From: Steroidobacteraceae bacterium
GTDB taxonomy: Bacteria; Pseudomonadota; Gammaproteobacteria; Steroidobacterales; Steroidobacteraceae
Length of the DNA: 55,589 nt
Assembly: GCA_036743675.1 (NCBI GenBank)
Contig: DAINPA010000002.1
Span: 1 to 55,589 of the forward strand
Direction of reading: 5' to 3'
Positions 8,620 through 17,777 of the stretch are shown here, one piece after another. Below the pieces are notes generated by a model. That model was not told where the DNA came from. It saw only the letters and a program-made list of their open reading frames with translations, and ran no database searches. How positions within the stretch are numbered: the stretch's first letter is position 1; each line of letters opens with the position of its first letter. The translations under genes and the position numbers were made by a program.

Positions 8620-9444
8620 CTAGCCGAACCATCCCAATATTTTGTCAAATATACGCCGGTGTGCGGGGAACGGCTCCGCCACGTGTGCCATGATGACCGA
8701 CACATTGTCCCGCCCGCCATTGTCGTTCGACAGCTGAATCAATTGCTTAGCAACCGTATCAAGATTAGCACTAAAGGTGCTGATTGTTAAATGAATATCC
8801 TCATCTTCAATCATGTCCGAAAGGCCGTCCGAGCAAAGCACGTAATAGTCGCTCTTTTGGACCGGCTCCTCGTGGATCTCGACCTCGACATTCTGCTCGA
8901 CTCCGAGCGCCCGTGTAACATAATTCTTGTTGGCGGCGCGCTGCGCCTCCTGCTGTGAATAAAAGCCTCGATCGACCAATTCCTGCAGCAGCGAATGATC
9001 CAGGGTCATCTGTTCGAAGCGGTTGTCGCGCAGCCGATACAGGCGCGAATCGCCGACGTGCGCGATCGACATCTTATTGTCGTGGAACAGACAGGCCACC
9101 ACGGTCGTACCCATGCCTTCACATTGCGCCTGGGTCTTGGAGGTGTGGTAGATGATTTTATTGGCTCTGTAAATCGCGTCACGCAAGATGATGCTGGGGC
9201 GCGTCAGTTCGGTCTCCGGGTCGCGCACGGAGAGATCCTCGCGGCGCAGTGCATCGCGCACCAGATTGATGATGGTTTTGACCGCGATTCCACTCGCGAC
9301 CTCGCCCGCATTGTAGCCGCCCATGCCGTCGGCCAGGACGAACAAACCGATATCCGTCTCCGCGCCGATCATGTCCTCGTTGTGCTCGCGGACCTTGCCG
9401 GTGTCGGTGAGCGCTACGCTGGTGATTTTCCCCCGCAAACTCAT
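8620..9444 (-). CDS. PP2C-family Ser/Thr protein phosphatase
   Basis: TDTGKVREHNEDM...FVLADGMGGYNAGEVAS...LCSDGLSDM...GGRDNVSVI motifs. Lies 15 nt upstream of the FHA gene. Confidence 0.9.
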   Translation of the reverse strand: MSLRGKITSVALTDTGKVREHNEDMIGAETDIGLFVLADGMGGYNAGEVASGIAVKTIINLVRDALRREDLSVRDPETELTRPSIILRDAIYRANKIIYHTSKTQAQCEGMGTTVVACLFHDNKMSIAHVGDSRLYRLRDNRFEQMTLDHSLLQELVDRGFYSQQEAQRAANKNYVTRALGVEQNVEVEIHEEPVQKSDYYVLCSDGLSDMIEDEDIHLTISTFSANLDTVAKQLIQLSNDNGGRDNVSVIMAHVAEPFPAHRRIFDKILGWFG

Positions 9445-9484
9445 GATCGCAACTTCGCTTTTAAAATCTTATCGTGACATTCGG

Positions 9485-10924
9485 TCATCGCGGCGCGCTC
9501 GGCATGCTCGCGCGACACTCATCCAAAGCGGCCGCCATTTGTCCGCCCGACTCGAACCGCGCTTCGGGATTCTTGGCCAACGCACGATCGACGATGCTGT
9601 CCACGCAGGCCGGCAGATCCGGCCGGAAGGCGCGCAACGGCGGGTGCGGCGCCTCGGCGATTTGCTGCATCAACCCGGTCATCGAATCGGCCGTAAAGGG
9701 CAGCTGGCCGGTCAGTAATTGAAACAGGCTAGCACCCAGGGAAAACAAGTCCGAGTGACCAGTCACAGTTCGCCCTTCGAGCTGCTCCGGCGACATGAAC
9801 GAGGGCGTGCCGAGCACGATGCCGGTGCGAGTGCTGCCGGCGTCCGTCAAGCGCGCGATTCCGAAGTCGGTGATCTTGAGCACATCGGCGCTTGGGTCGT
9901 ACATGATGTTCGCCGGTTTGATATCCCGGTGCACCACCTGCTGCTTGTGCGCAAATCCCAAAGCTTGCGCCGTGCGCCCGATCAGATCGAGCACGGTGCG
10001 CGCCTCCAGAAGCGTATTGGACGTTGAAAATTCGCTCAAATGACGGCCCTTCAAGTACTCCATGGCGATATACGCGAGCCCCCGTTCCTCGCCGACATCA
10101 TAAATAGTGACGATGTTCGGATGATTGAGGCGTCCCGCAGTTTCGGCCTCGCGAAAGAACCGTGTTCTCGCTTCGGTGAGTTCGGTATCGCTGAATTCGC
10201 TGGCGAGCGGGATGACCTTGATCGCGACCAATCGATTGATGGCCGTATCGCGGCCCAAGTAGACGATGCCCATGGCACCGCGACCGATTTCGCGCTCCAG
10301 TTGGTAGCGGCCCAGGCGCTGCATCGCGGCGGCAGAGCCGGCGAGTTCCCGCGCCGCCTGACCGTTCGCCCCGGCGCCGGCCGGGCGCGGTCCGGCCGCC
10401 GCCGTCACGGTGGCAGCGGCTGGCCCGCTTGCCCGAGTCGCGGCCGGCGAGCGCGCTGCGCTCGCGGCCGGGGCCGCCGCAGTCGATTTGGTGCGTTCGG
10501 CGTCCATCAGACGCCGCAATCTCGCGGCCACATCGCGGTAGGTATTGTCGATGCGCGCCAAATGGCGGTACACGGCGGTAGCCTGGAGGGCACGCCCGCG
10601 CCGCTCGAGCTGCGTGCCGAGAGCGTACAGCTCGCCCGCCACCGTATCGCTCGCCTTGCGGCCCTTGAGTTCGGCGAAGCGCTGTTCGAAGTTGTCCAAT
10701 ATCCGCGCGGTGTCGGTTCCCAGCGGGGCGGCCGCTTTCGGCGCAGGAATCACCGGCGCTGCCGAGGAACCCCGTGCCCACAGGTAAAGGCCGCTGCCAC
10801 CGCAGAGCAGCGCCGTGCCGGGCAGCCACAGCCAGGAGCTCAAATGAGCGAGTACTCGGAGCAGCAGGTCCAGCCCAAGGATGCCAAAGCCCACAATTGC
10901 CGCGATCAGCCCGAATTTGCGCAT
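9485..10924 (-). CDS. Hanks-type Ser/Thr protein kinase with N-terminal membrane anchor and C-terminal kinase domain
   Basis: Two N-terminal hydrophobic helices (FGLIAAIVGFGILGLDLLL; LWLPGTALLCGGSGLYLWA). Helical/TPR-like segment, then an Ala/Pro-rich linker. Kinase motifs: IGRGAMGIVYLG, VAIKVI, HRDIKPANIM, ITDFGIA, GTPSFMSPE. Confidence 0.9.
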   Translation of the reverse strand: MRKFGLIAAIVGFGILGLDLLLRVLAHLSSWLWLPGTALLCGGSGLYLWARGSSAAPVIPAPKAAAPLGTDTARILDNFEQRFAELKGRKASDTVAGELYALGTQLERRGRALQATAVYRHLARIDNTYRDVAARLRRLMDAERTKSTAAAPAASAARSPAATRASGPAAATVTAAAGPRPAGAGANGQAARELAGSAAAMQRLGRYQLEREIGRGAMGIVYLGRDTAINRLVAIKVIPLASEFSDTELTEARTRFFREAETAGRLNHPNIVTIYDVGEERGLAYIAMEYLKGRHLSEFSTSNTLLEARTVLDLIGRTAQALGFAHKQQVVHRDIKPANIMYDPSADVLKITDFGIARLTDAGSTRTGIVLGTPSFMSPEQLEGRTVTGHSDLFSLGASLFQLLTGQLPFTADSMTGLMQQIAEAPHPPLRAFRPDLPACVDSIVDRALAKNPEARFESGGQMAAALDECRASMPSAPR

Positions 10925-11024
10925 GCAATAAACATAATCCGTCCACTAAAGTCTTGCAGTATAGGTGATCGGGACGCCCAGGCTGCAATGCTAAGCTCAC
11001 AAAATCGGCGCCCAAGGTAGCAGA

Positions 11025-12386
11025 ATGCCAAAATTAAAAGAGGTTTTCGTTTGCCAGAACTGTGGAATCGCTTCACCGAAGTGGCAAGGTCAATGCACCG
11101 GTTGCAGCGCATGGAACACCCTGGCGGCCGAAGCCCAAGCCCCGGGCCCGCGCCGCGCCGTGGCGGGGCGGGCAAGAGCGGTCCGAGCCGACCTCTCGTC
11201 CTTGGCGGCGGAAGCCAGCGTCGATCAGCCGCGTCTGACCACCGGTTCGGCGGAGCTCGATCGAGTGCTCGGCGGCGGCTTGGTTCCCGGGTCGGTGACC
11301 TTGATCGGCGGCGACCCCGGAATCGGTAAATCCACGCTGATGCTGCAGGCGGCCGCGGCCCTCAATCAAGCGGGCCCTGTGCTCTATGCGAGCGGCGAGG
11401 AATCGCTCAAACAGATCGCCTTGCGCGGGCGCCGGTTGGGCCTTCAAGCCGCAACCGCCCGACTCATCGCCGAAACCCAGGTGGAGCAGATCGTCGGCGC
11501 CGCCGCCAGCTTGAAGGCGTGCGTGCTCGTCGTCGATTCGATCCAAACGATGTATTCGGAGCGCATCGAGGCGGCGCCGGGCGCGGTTTCCCAGTTGCGC
11601 GAATGCACCGCCGAATTGGTCCGCTTCGCCAAGGGCAGCGGCACCGCCGTATTGCTGGTCGGGCACGTCACCAAGGAAGGCCAGATCGCCGGGCCCCGCG
11701 TGCTCGAACACATGGTCGATACCGTGCTGTATTTCGAGAGCGATACCGGCAGCCGCTTTCGCGTGCTGCGATCGGTCAAGAATCGCTTCGGCGCCGCCAA
11801 TGAAATCGGCGTGTTCGCCATGGTCGAGCAGGGGCTGCGCGAAGTGGCCAATCCTTCCGCGATTTTTCTGTCGCGCCACCCCGAGCCGGTTCCGGGAAGC
11901 GTGATCACAGTGATGCGCGAGGGCACGCGTTCTTTGCTGATCGAGGTGCAGGTGCTCGCCGATGCCAGCCTCGGCGCCAATCCGCGCCGCGTGGCCGTCG
12001 GGATCGACGGTAACCGCCTCACGATGTTGCTGGCCGTGGCACACCGCCACGCCGGACTGTTGCTGCATGGTCAAGATGTGTTTGCCAACGTGGTCGGCGG
12101 CGTTCGGCTGGCGGAAACCGCCGGGGATCTCGCGATCGTGCTGGCCGCGCGCTCGAGTTTGCGCGATCTACCGGTGCCCAATTCGCTGGTCGCGTTCGGC
12201 GAATTGGGGCTCGCGGGGGAGATTCGACCCGTGCCGTTCGGCGAGGAACGCTTGCGCGAAGCAGCAAAGCACGGATTCAAGCTCGCGTTGGTGCCCCAGG
12301 CGAACGTCCCGAAGCGCGCGCCCGAAGGCATGACGGTGCGCGGTGTGACGCGGCTCAGCGAGGCGCTTGAGGTATCCTTGTGCTAG
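11025..12386 (+). CDS. radA: DNA repair protein RadA (Sms)
   Basis: N-terminal zinc finger CQNCGIASPKWQGQCTGCSAWNT, Walker A GGDPGIGKSTL, KNRFG motif and Lon-like C-terminal domain. 453 aa. Confidence 0.95.
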   Translation: MPKLKEVFVCQNCGIASPKWQGQCTGCSAWNTLAAEAQAPGPRRAVAGRARAVRADLSSLAAEASVDQPRLTTGSAELDRVLGGGLVPGSVTLIGGDPGIGKSTLMLQAAAALNQAGPVLYASGEESLKQIALRGRRLGLQAATARLIAETQVEQIVGAAASLKACVLVVDSIQTMYSERIEAAPGAVSQLRECTAELVRFAKGSGTAVLLVGHVTKEGQIAGPRVLEHMVDTVLYFESDTGSRFRVLRSVKNRFGAANEIGVFAMVEQGLREVANPSAIFLSRHPEPVPGSVITVMREGTRSLLIEVQVLADASLGANPRRVAVGIDGNRLTMLLAVAHRHAGLLLHGQDVFANVVGGVRLAETAGDLAIVLAARSSLRDLPVPNSLVAFGELGLAGEIRPVPFGEERLREAAKHGFKLALVPQANVPKRAPEGMTVRGVTRLSEALEVSLC

Positions 12387-12389
12387 CTG

Positions 12390-12689
12390 ATCGATCAGCC
12401 GGCGGGCGGCGGGAAATGGATCGTCGAAGCGCCCTATGTGATGCACGCGGCCAACGCGCTGCATTATAACCTGGGCTGGGTGGTGCAGATCTACAACGCC
12501 GCCGAAGCGCTGCCCAATCTCATCAATCCGTTCTGGATGCTGCCGATACTCGGCATCATGGGATTGCGGGCGCGGGATCTGATCGGCTTCACCTTGGTCC
12601 AGTTCGCGATCAATTTGCCGTTGGTGCTCGCGCTGCTGTGGATTCTGGGCGCGACGCTCACGTATCACCCTCCGGCAATCCCTGGTTGA
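12390..12689 (+). pseudogene. 3'-terminal remnant (about 100 codons) of a short-chain fatty acid transporter (AtoE family)
   Basis: The frame is open from immediately after the radA stop. GGKWIVEAPYVMHAANALHYNLGWVVQIYNAAEALPNLINPFWMLPILGIMGLRARDLIGFTLV matches the conserved C-terminal part of AtoE-type transporters (from memory about 440 aa full length). No upstream part is present. Confidence 0.6.
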
Positions 12690-12696
12690 GCGGCGC

Positions 12697-13299
12697 TCAC
12701 CGGCCGCTCGGCCTGGCGAGCTCGTGCGTGAGATGCGCCTTCACCGTCGGCCACTCGCGATCGACGATGCTGTATACGCAGGTGTCGCGCAGGGTTCCGT
12801 TTGCGGCGATTTGATGCTGCCTCAATACACCGTCCAATTTCGCGCCCAGCCTCTCGATGCCGGCGCGGCTTTGCCGATTGAAGAAATGGGTGCGAAACTC
12901 GACCGCAATGCAACGCATCTGCTCGAAGGTATGGGTCAGGAGCAATAGTTTGCATTCGGTGTTAAGGGCGCTGCGCTGCACGCGCCTGCGGTACCAGGTG
13001 GACCCGATCTCCACGCGCCGATTATCGGCGTCGATGTTCATGTACGTCGTCATCCCGACCGCCGCGCCGCTGGATTTTTCAATGACGGCGAAGGGAATCA
13101 TCGAAGCTTTTTTGTGCAGCTCGAGCCGCCGGTCGATTTCGGCAGCCATTCGATCGGGGGACGGTATGGAGGTGTACCACAAGGTCCACAGCTCGCCGTC
13201 CTTCACGGCCTCGATGAGTTCGGCGCAATGGACCTGCGAAAGCGGCACCAGCGACACCTGCTGTCCGATCAAGGCAACGGAATCCGCGAAACCCATCAT
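12697..13299 (-). CDS. GNAT family N-acetyltransferase (RimJ/RimL-like)
   Basis: VSLVPL...AVGMTTYMNIDADNRRVEIGSTWYRRRVQRSALNTECKLLLLTHTFEQMRCIAVEFRTHFFNRQSRAGIERLGAKLDGVLRQH is a typical GNAT core. Start is either ATG 13299 or TTG 13329 (TTGA overlap with the upstream gene). Confidence 0.8.
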   Translation of the reverse strand: MMGFADSVALIGQQVSLVPLSQVHCAELIEAVKDGELWTLWYTSIPSPDRMAAEIDRRLELHKKASMIPFAVIEKSSGAAVGMTTYMNIDADNRRVEIGSTWYRRRVQRSALNTECKLLLLTHTFEQMRCIAVEFRTHFFNRQSRAGIERLGAKLDGVLRQHQIAANGTLRDTCVYSIVDREWPTVKAHLTHELARPSGR

Positions 13300-13325
13300 T
13301 GACCCTGGTAAACTCGCACAACAAT

Positions 13326-14594
13326 TCAATGCGGCGCCGGCGGCCGAATGCGCACCGTCTTGATGGCGTTATCGCCGGTCTGCAAGACCTCCAGCATGTA
13401 GTCCGCGAGCTTCAAAGTGGTGCCCGGTTCCGGAATCGTCTCGAGGAATTCGACGATCAGGCCGTTCAAGGTTTTGGGGCCGTCCGTGGGCAGGTTCCAG
13501 CGCATGGAGCGATTCAAGGCGCGGATGGTGGTGGAGGCGTTCGCGATGTAGCTGCCGTCGGCGTCGCGACGCACGTCCTTGTGCATCATGGCGGCGGGGT
13601 CGGTGGTGAATTCGCCGACAATCTCCTCGAGGATATCCTCCAGCGTGACCAGACCCTGGATGTCGCCGTACTCGTCCACGACGAACGCCATGCGGCGTTT
13701 GTCGCGCTGAAAATTCAGTAATTGGGTGTTCAGGGTGGTGCCCGACGGCACGAAGTAGGCGTCTCGCACGCTGGCCGCCTCGATCAGCCCCTCCCGGTCC
13801 AAATGGCTGCGTGCGAGCTCGTGCACCACGCGCTTCATGTGCAACACGCCGATGATGCGGTCGATGTCGCCCTGGAACACCGGCAAGCGCGTGTGCTGGC
13901 ATTGACGCAGCTGTTCGAGGATCTGGTCCCAGGCGTCGTCGATGTCGATACCGGCGATTTCGGTCCGCGGCACCATGATGTCCTCCACGGTGGCCTTTTC
14001 CAGATCGAGAATGCTCACCAACATCTGCTGGTGGCGGTGCGGAATCATGGCACCCGCTTCCGCGACCACGGTGCGCAGCTCCTCGCTGCTCAGGGAATGC
14101 GAGGCTTGGTGCGGCGAGACGCCGAGCAGGCGCAGAACACCGTTCGCCAGCAGATTGGTGGCCCACACGAACGGGTACAGCGCCCATAACAACGGCGAGT
14201 AGACATAGGCCGCCGGCAGGGCGACACGCTCCGGTCGCAGCGCGCCAAATGTCTTGGGAGCGACCTCGCAGAAGATCAGCAGCACCAGCGTGAGCATCAC
14301 CGCGCCGAATGCGACCAGGAATTCGCCGCCCAGCCGCAGCGCGATGAAACCGACCAGCATGGGCGATGCCACGTTGACCACGGTGCTCAACAGCAAGATG
14401 AGACCGATCAACCGGTCGGGTTTCGCGAGCAGGGTCTCGGCGAGTTTCGCGGCCCGATTGCCGGCCTTGGCTCGATGCCGCAGCCGGTATCGATTCAGGC
14501 TCATCAGCGCGGTCTCGCTGCCTGCGAGAAACGCGGCCAGAACCAGCAGGACGCCCAGCGCAGCGAACAATGCACCGGTAGGGATTGGTGTCAT
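13326..14594 (-). CDS. HlyC/CorC-family transporter (DUF21/CNNM TM domain + CBS pair + CorC_HlyC domain), CorB/YfjD-like
   Basis: 422 aa. N-terminal 4-TM DUF21, a CBS pair (VEDIMVPRTEI...) and a C-terminal transporter-associated domain. It occupies the same position next to ypjD/ffh as E. coli yfjD. Confidence 0.9.
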   Translation of the reverse strand: MTPIPTGALFAALGVLLVLAAFLAGSETALMSLNRYRLRHRAKAGNRAAKLAETLLAKPDRLIGLILLLSTVVNVASPMLVGFIALRLGGEFLVAFGAVMLTLVLLIFCEVAPKTFGALRPERVALPAAYVYSPLLWALYPFVWATNLLANGVLRLLGVSPHQASHSLSSEELRTVVAEAGAMIPHRHQQMLVSILDLEKATVEDIMVPRTEIAGIDIDDAWDQILEQLRQCQHTRLPVFQGDIDRIIGVLHMKRVVHELARSHLDREGLIEAASVRDAYFVPSGTTLNTQLLNFQRDKRRMAFVVDEYGDIQGLVTLEDILEEIVGEFTTDPAAMMHKDVRRDADGSYIANASTTIRALNRSMRWNLPTDGPKTLNGLIVEFLETIPEPGTTLKLADYMLEVLQTGDNAIKTVRIRPPAPH

Positions 14595-14606
14595 TCGTCT
14601 ACGCGA

Positions 14607-15434
14607 TCAGCCCCAATGTCGCCCGAGCAGGGTTTCGAGAACGAACTTGGAGCCGAAATACGCCAGGATCAGAAAGCCGAATCCCCACAAGGTCCAACGC
14701 ACTGCCGCGCGCCCGCGCCAGCCGTAACGGACGCGGCCGAGCAGCAAGACGGCGAATATCACCCAGGCGATGAGCGACAGGATCGTTTTGTGTTGCAGGT
14801 GCTGCGCCCACAGATTGGTGACGAAGATGAAGCCGGTCAAAAGCGCGAGCGTCAACAGAATGAACCCGGCGCCGATCAGCCGAAACATCACCTTCTCGAG
14901 CAAATCGAGCGGCGGAAGCGCGGTCGGCAGATCGGCGATGCGCCGGGAGTGCAACCGGCGATCCAGGAACACCAGCAGCAGGGCGGTGACGGCGGCGGCG
15001 AACAGCAGTGCCGCGGCGCCCATCGAAAGCAGTATGTGCGCGGTGAGCTCCCACCCGGGCGCGGTCTCCTCGACGTACAGGTGTCCGGAACCGACCGAGG
15101 CTGCGCCGAATGCCGCAGCACCGAACGCCGCGCACCCCAGCAAGATGGCCCCCAGCACCCGATTCTGCCTTTCGATGGCAATGAGGCACGCCAGCACGCT
15201 CAAGGTCCACGCGAGCAGCGAGAGGGCCTCGAGCAGGCCGATCGAAAACTGTCCCTGCGCACGCATCATGTGCACGATGGCGTCGCTGTGAGCGAAGATC
15301 GCAGTGAGGGTGATAGCCCACGCGAGGGGTTCCAAGCGCGGATTGCTCACCGTTCGCAGCATCAGCCAAGCACTGGCGGTATAGAGCGCAAACAGGGTAA
15401 TGGCGAGGGTCACGGCCGCGAAATAATGACACAA
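14607..15434 (-). CDS. ypjD: Cytochrome c assembly family inner-membrane protein (YpjD/CcsA-like)
   Basis: 275 aa polytopic protein, divergent from ffh as in E. coli. The C-terminal WAQHLQHKTILSLIAWVIFAVLL...GWRGR pattern is typical of the family. Confidence 0.8.
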   Translation of the reverse strand: MCHYFAAVTLAITLFALYTASAWLMLRTVSNPRLEPLAWAITLTAIFAHSDAIVHMMRAQGQFSIGLLEALSLLAWTLSVLACLIAIERQNRVLGAILLGCAAFGAAAFGAASVGSGHLYVEETAPGWELTAHILLSMGAAALLFAAAVTALLLVFLDRRLHSRRIADLPTALPPLDLLEKVMFRLIGAGFILLTLALLTGFIFVTNLWAQHLQHKTILSLIAWVIFAVLLLGRVRYGWRGRAAVRWTLWGFGFLILAYFGSKFVLETLLGRHWG

Positions 15435-15505
15435 CGACGCAAGTGCGCCTAGGCGCCTGGCTGCACCCCGAGAATCCAGCCGCGAACCCTACTATACTAT
15501 CGGCG

Positions 15506-16876
15506 ATGTTCGACCGTCTTGCTTCCGGCCTATCAAACGCGCTCAAGGCATTGTCCGGCCGCGGCTATCTGAGCGAGGACAATGTCGCCGACACCGTGCG
15601 GCAGGTCCGGCTCGCGCTGCTCGATGCCGATGTCGCGCTTCCCGTCGTGAAACGCTTCACCGATGCGATCAAGGCTCGTGCGATCGGCATCGAAGTCACC
15701 AAGAGCCTCACCCCCGGGCAAGCCTTCATCAAAGTGGTGCACGAGGAGCTGGTGCGCCTCATGGGCGAACCCAGTGCGGGCCTCAACCTGCGCGCGCAGC
15801 GCCCGGTCACGGTCATGCTCGCCGGTCTGCAAGGGGCCGGCAAGACCACGACCGCCGGCAAGCTCGCGCGCTGGCTCATCGAAAAACAGAATAAAAAAGT
15901 GTTGCTGGCCAGTACCGACGTATACCGGCCGGCGGCGATTCTGCAGCTTCAAACGCTCGCTTCCCAAGTGGGGGCCGGATTCGCCAGCGGCGATAGCGGG
16001 GAAGCGCCCGTGGAGATTGCCAGGCGCGCCTTGAACGAGGCGACGCTGCAGGCGTATGACGTGCTGTTGCTCGATACGGCCGGACGCCTGCACGTCGATG
16101 CCGAGATGATGGCCGAAGTCAGGGCGTTGGAAGCCGCGATCAAGCCCCACGAACGGCTGTTCGTCGTCGACAGCATGGCGGGACAGGATGCGGTCAACGC
16201 GGCCAAGGCGTTCAACGAAGCATTGAGTCTGACCGGCGTGATACTCACCAAGGCCGACGGTGATGCGCGCGGCGGAGCGGCACTATCGGTGCGGGAGGTC
16301 ACCGGCAAACCGATACTGTTTGTCGGTACCGGCGAGAAATCCGAGGCCCTCGAGCTGTTCCTGCCGGAGCGGATCGCTTCCCGGATCCTCGGCATGGGCG
16401 ATGTGCTGTCGCTGGTCGAGCAGGTCCGGGAGCAGGTCGATCAGGAAAAGGCCGAGAAGCTCGCCAAGAAGATCAGCAAAGGCAAATCTTTCGATCTTGC
16501 GGATTTGCGCGACCAATTGACCCAGTTGCAGAAGATGGGCGGCATGAGCGCGCTGCTGGACAAGTTGCCGGCGCAAATGCAGGCGAATGCCGCCGCCGCG
16601 GCCGGCGCGGTGAATCCGAAGATGCTCAAGCGGCAGATGGGGATCATCGATTCGATGACCCCACGCGAGCGCCGGCGCCCGGAAATGATCGATGGGTCGC
16701 GAAAACGACGCATAGCAACAGGTGCGGGCGTGCAATTGCCCGAGGTCAATCGCCTGCTGAAGCAGTTCGATCAGATGCAAAAGACCATGAAAAAGCTCGC
16801 CAAGGGCGGAATGCTCAAGAACATGATGCGCGGCATGGGCGGCCGGTTGCCCCCGGGATTTGGCACAAAGCCGTAA
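15506..16876 (+). CDS. ffh: Signal recognition particle protein Ffh
   Basis: Conserved start MFDRLASGLSNALKALSGRG at ATG 15506 (the ORF-track start 15443 is an upstream extension). GTPase motifs GLQGAGKTTT, DTAGR, TKADGD. Met-rich M domain. Confidence 0.97.
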   Translation: MFDRLASGLSNALKALSGRGYLSEDNVADTVRQVRLALLDADVALPVVKRFTDAIKARAIGIEVTKSLTPGQAFIKVVHEELVRLMGEPSAGLNLRAQRPVTVMLAGLQGAGKTTTAGKLARWLIEKQNKKVLLASTDVYRPAAILQLQTLASQVGAGFASGDSGEAPVEIARRALNEATLQAYDVLLLDTAGRLHVDAEMMAEVRALEAAIKPHERLFVVDSMAGQDAVNAAKAFNEALSLTGVILTKADGDARGGAALSVREVTGKPILFVGTGEKSEALELFLPERIASRILGMGDVLSLVEQVREQVDQEKAEKLAKKISKGKSFDLADLRDQLTQLQKMGGMSALLDKLPAQMQANAAAAAGAVNPKMLKRQMGIIDSMTPRERRRPEMIDGSRKRRIATGAGVQLPEVNRLLKQFDQMQKTMKKLAKGGMLKNMMRGMGGRLPPGFGTKP

Positions 16877-16960
16877 TTTGACGTCCGGGCATGCTTTTTG
16901 TTGCCCTTAGGGCCTCGGATTCATTACAATTAACGGCTCGGCATTGCAAGGTGAAAAAAG

Positions 16961-17212
16961 ATGGTGACGATCCGTTTGACTCGACGCGGCGGCAAGAAGA
17001 CGCCGTTCTATCACGTTGTGGTGACCGACAGCCGCAAACGCCAAGGCGGCACCAGCCTCGAGAGTGTTGGGCTCTTTAATCCGGTCGCGCGCGGCGCGGA
17101 AATCAAGCTGCGCTTGAATGTGGCGCGCATCGAGCACTGGCTGAAGCAGGGCGCGCATATGTCGGATCGGGTCAAGCATCTGTTGACCGTGTTTCGCAAA
17201 CAGGCTGCATAA
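16961..17212 (+). CDS. rpsP: 30S ribosomal protein S16
   Basis: [30 protein letters not shown]... is canonical S16. Confidence 0.97.
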   Translation: MVTIRLTRRGGKKTPFYHVVVTDSRKRQGGTSLESVGLFNPVARGAEIKLRLNVARIEHWLKQGAHMSDRVKHLLTVFRKQAA

Positions 17213-17243
17213 GGAATCCCAAAGAGGACACCGGGGGCTTAGG

Positions 17244-17756
17244 ATGAGCGGCGAAGCTTCCTCGCTCATCGAGCTCGGAGTCGTGGGTGCGCCCTTTGGA
17301 GTACGCGGTTGGGTCAAAGTTCGCTCGCACACGGAACCCCCTGAACGCTTGCTGGAACACCGCAACCTGCAGCTGCGCCTGGGAGGCGACTGGCGGGCGT
17401 ACAGAATCGACGCGAGCGGCCGCAGCGGCGGACAGCTGACCGTCAAGCTGGCCGGTGTGGAGGATCGCGACGCGGCGGCGGCGCTCAACGGGGCGATGAT
17501 CGGCGTGCCGCGCAGCGAGTTGCCGCCGCGCGAGGATAAGGATTTTTACCGGACTGATCTGATCGGCTGCGAAGTGACGAATCTCAAGGGCGAGCGGCTC
17601 GGAGTGGTGAGTCATTTCGTCGAGATTCCGGCGCATGCGCTGATGGTGGTGCGCGGGGAGAAGGAATATTGGGTGCCGGCCGTGCCGCAGCACTTGCGGC
17701 GGGTGGATTTGCCGGCACGGCGGATCATCGTGGACTGGGACGCGGCGACCCGCTGA
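17244..17756 (+). CDS. rimM: Ribosome maturation factor RimM
   Basis: LGVVGAPFGVRGWVKVRSHTEPPERLL..., a PRC-barrel C-terminus, and its position in rpsP-rimM-trmD-rplS. Confidence 0.95.
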   Translation: MSGEASSLIELGVVGAPFGVRGWVKVRSHTEPPERLLEHRNLQLRLGGDWRAYRIDASGRSGGQLTVKLAGVEDRDAAAALNGAMIGVPRSELPPREDKDFYRTDLIGCEVTNLKGERLGVVSHFVEIPAHALMVVRGEKEYWVPAVPQHLRRVDLPARRIIVDWDAATR

Positions 17757-17777
17757 TTGCGGTAGGTTTTAAAGCGC

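Noticed and set aside
7876-10924. The FHA/PP2C/kinase trio as the regulatory arm of a type VI secretion system (Fha1/PppA/PpkA-like).
   Set aside because: There are no T6SS structural genes (tss, hcp, vgrG) anywhere in the 55 kb, and the kinase lacks the PpkA-type periplasmic vWA domain.
15443-15505. N-terminal extensions offered by the ORF track for ffh (15443), rplS (18469), kbl (24211), the Rieske protein (25182), sufS (27516), sufD (28700), phoH2 (40466), gcvR (41273), rsgA (46633), ppsA (49247) and prc (53998).
   Set aside because: In every case a downstream start reproduces the conserved family N-terminus and/or creates a 4-nt start/stop overlap with the upstream gene. The extension overlaps a neighbouring gene or adds non-homologous residues.
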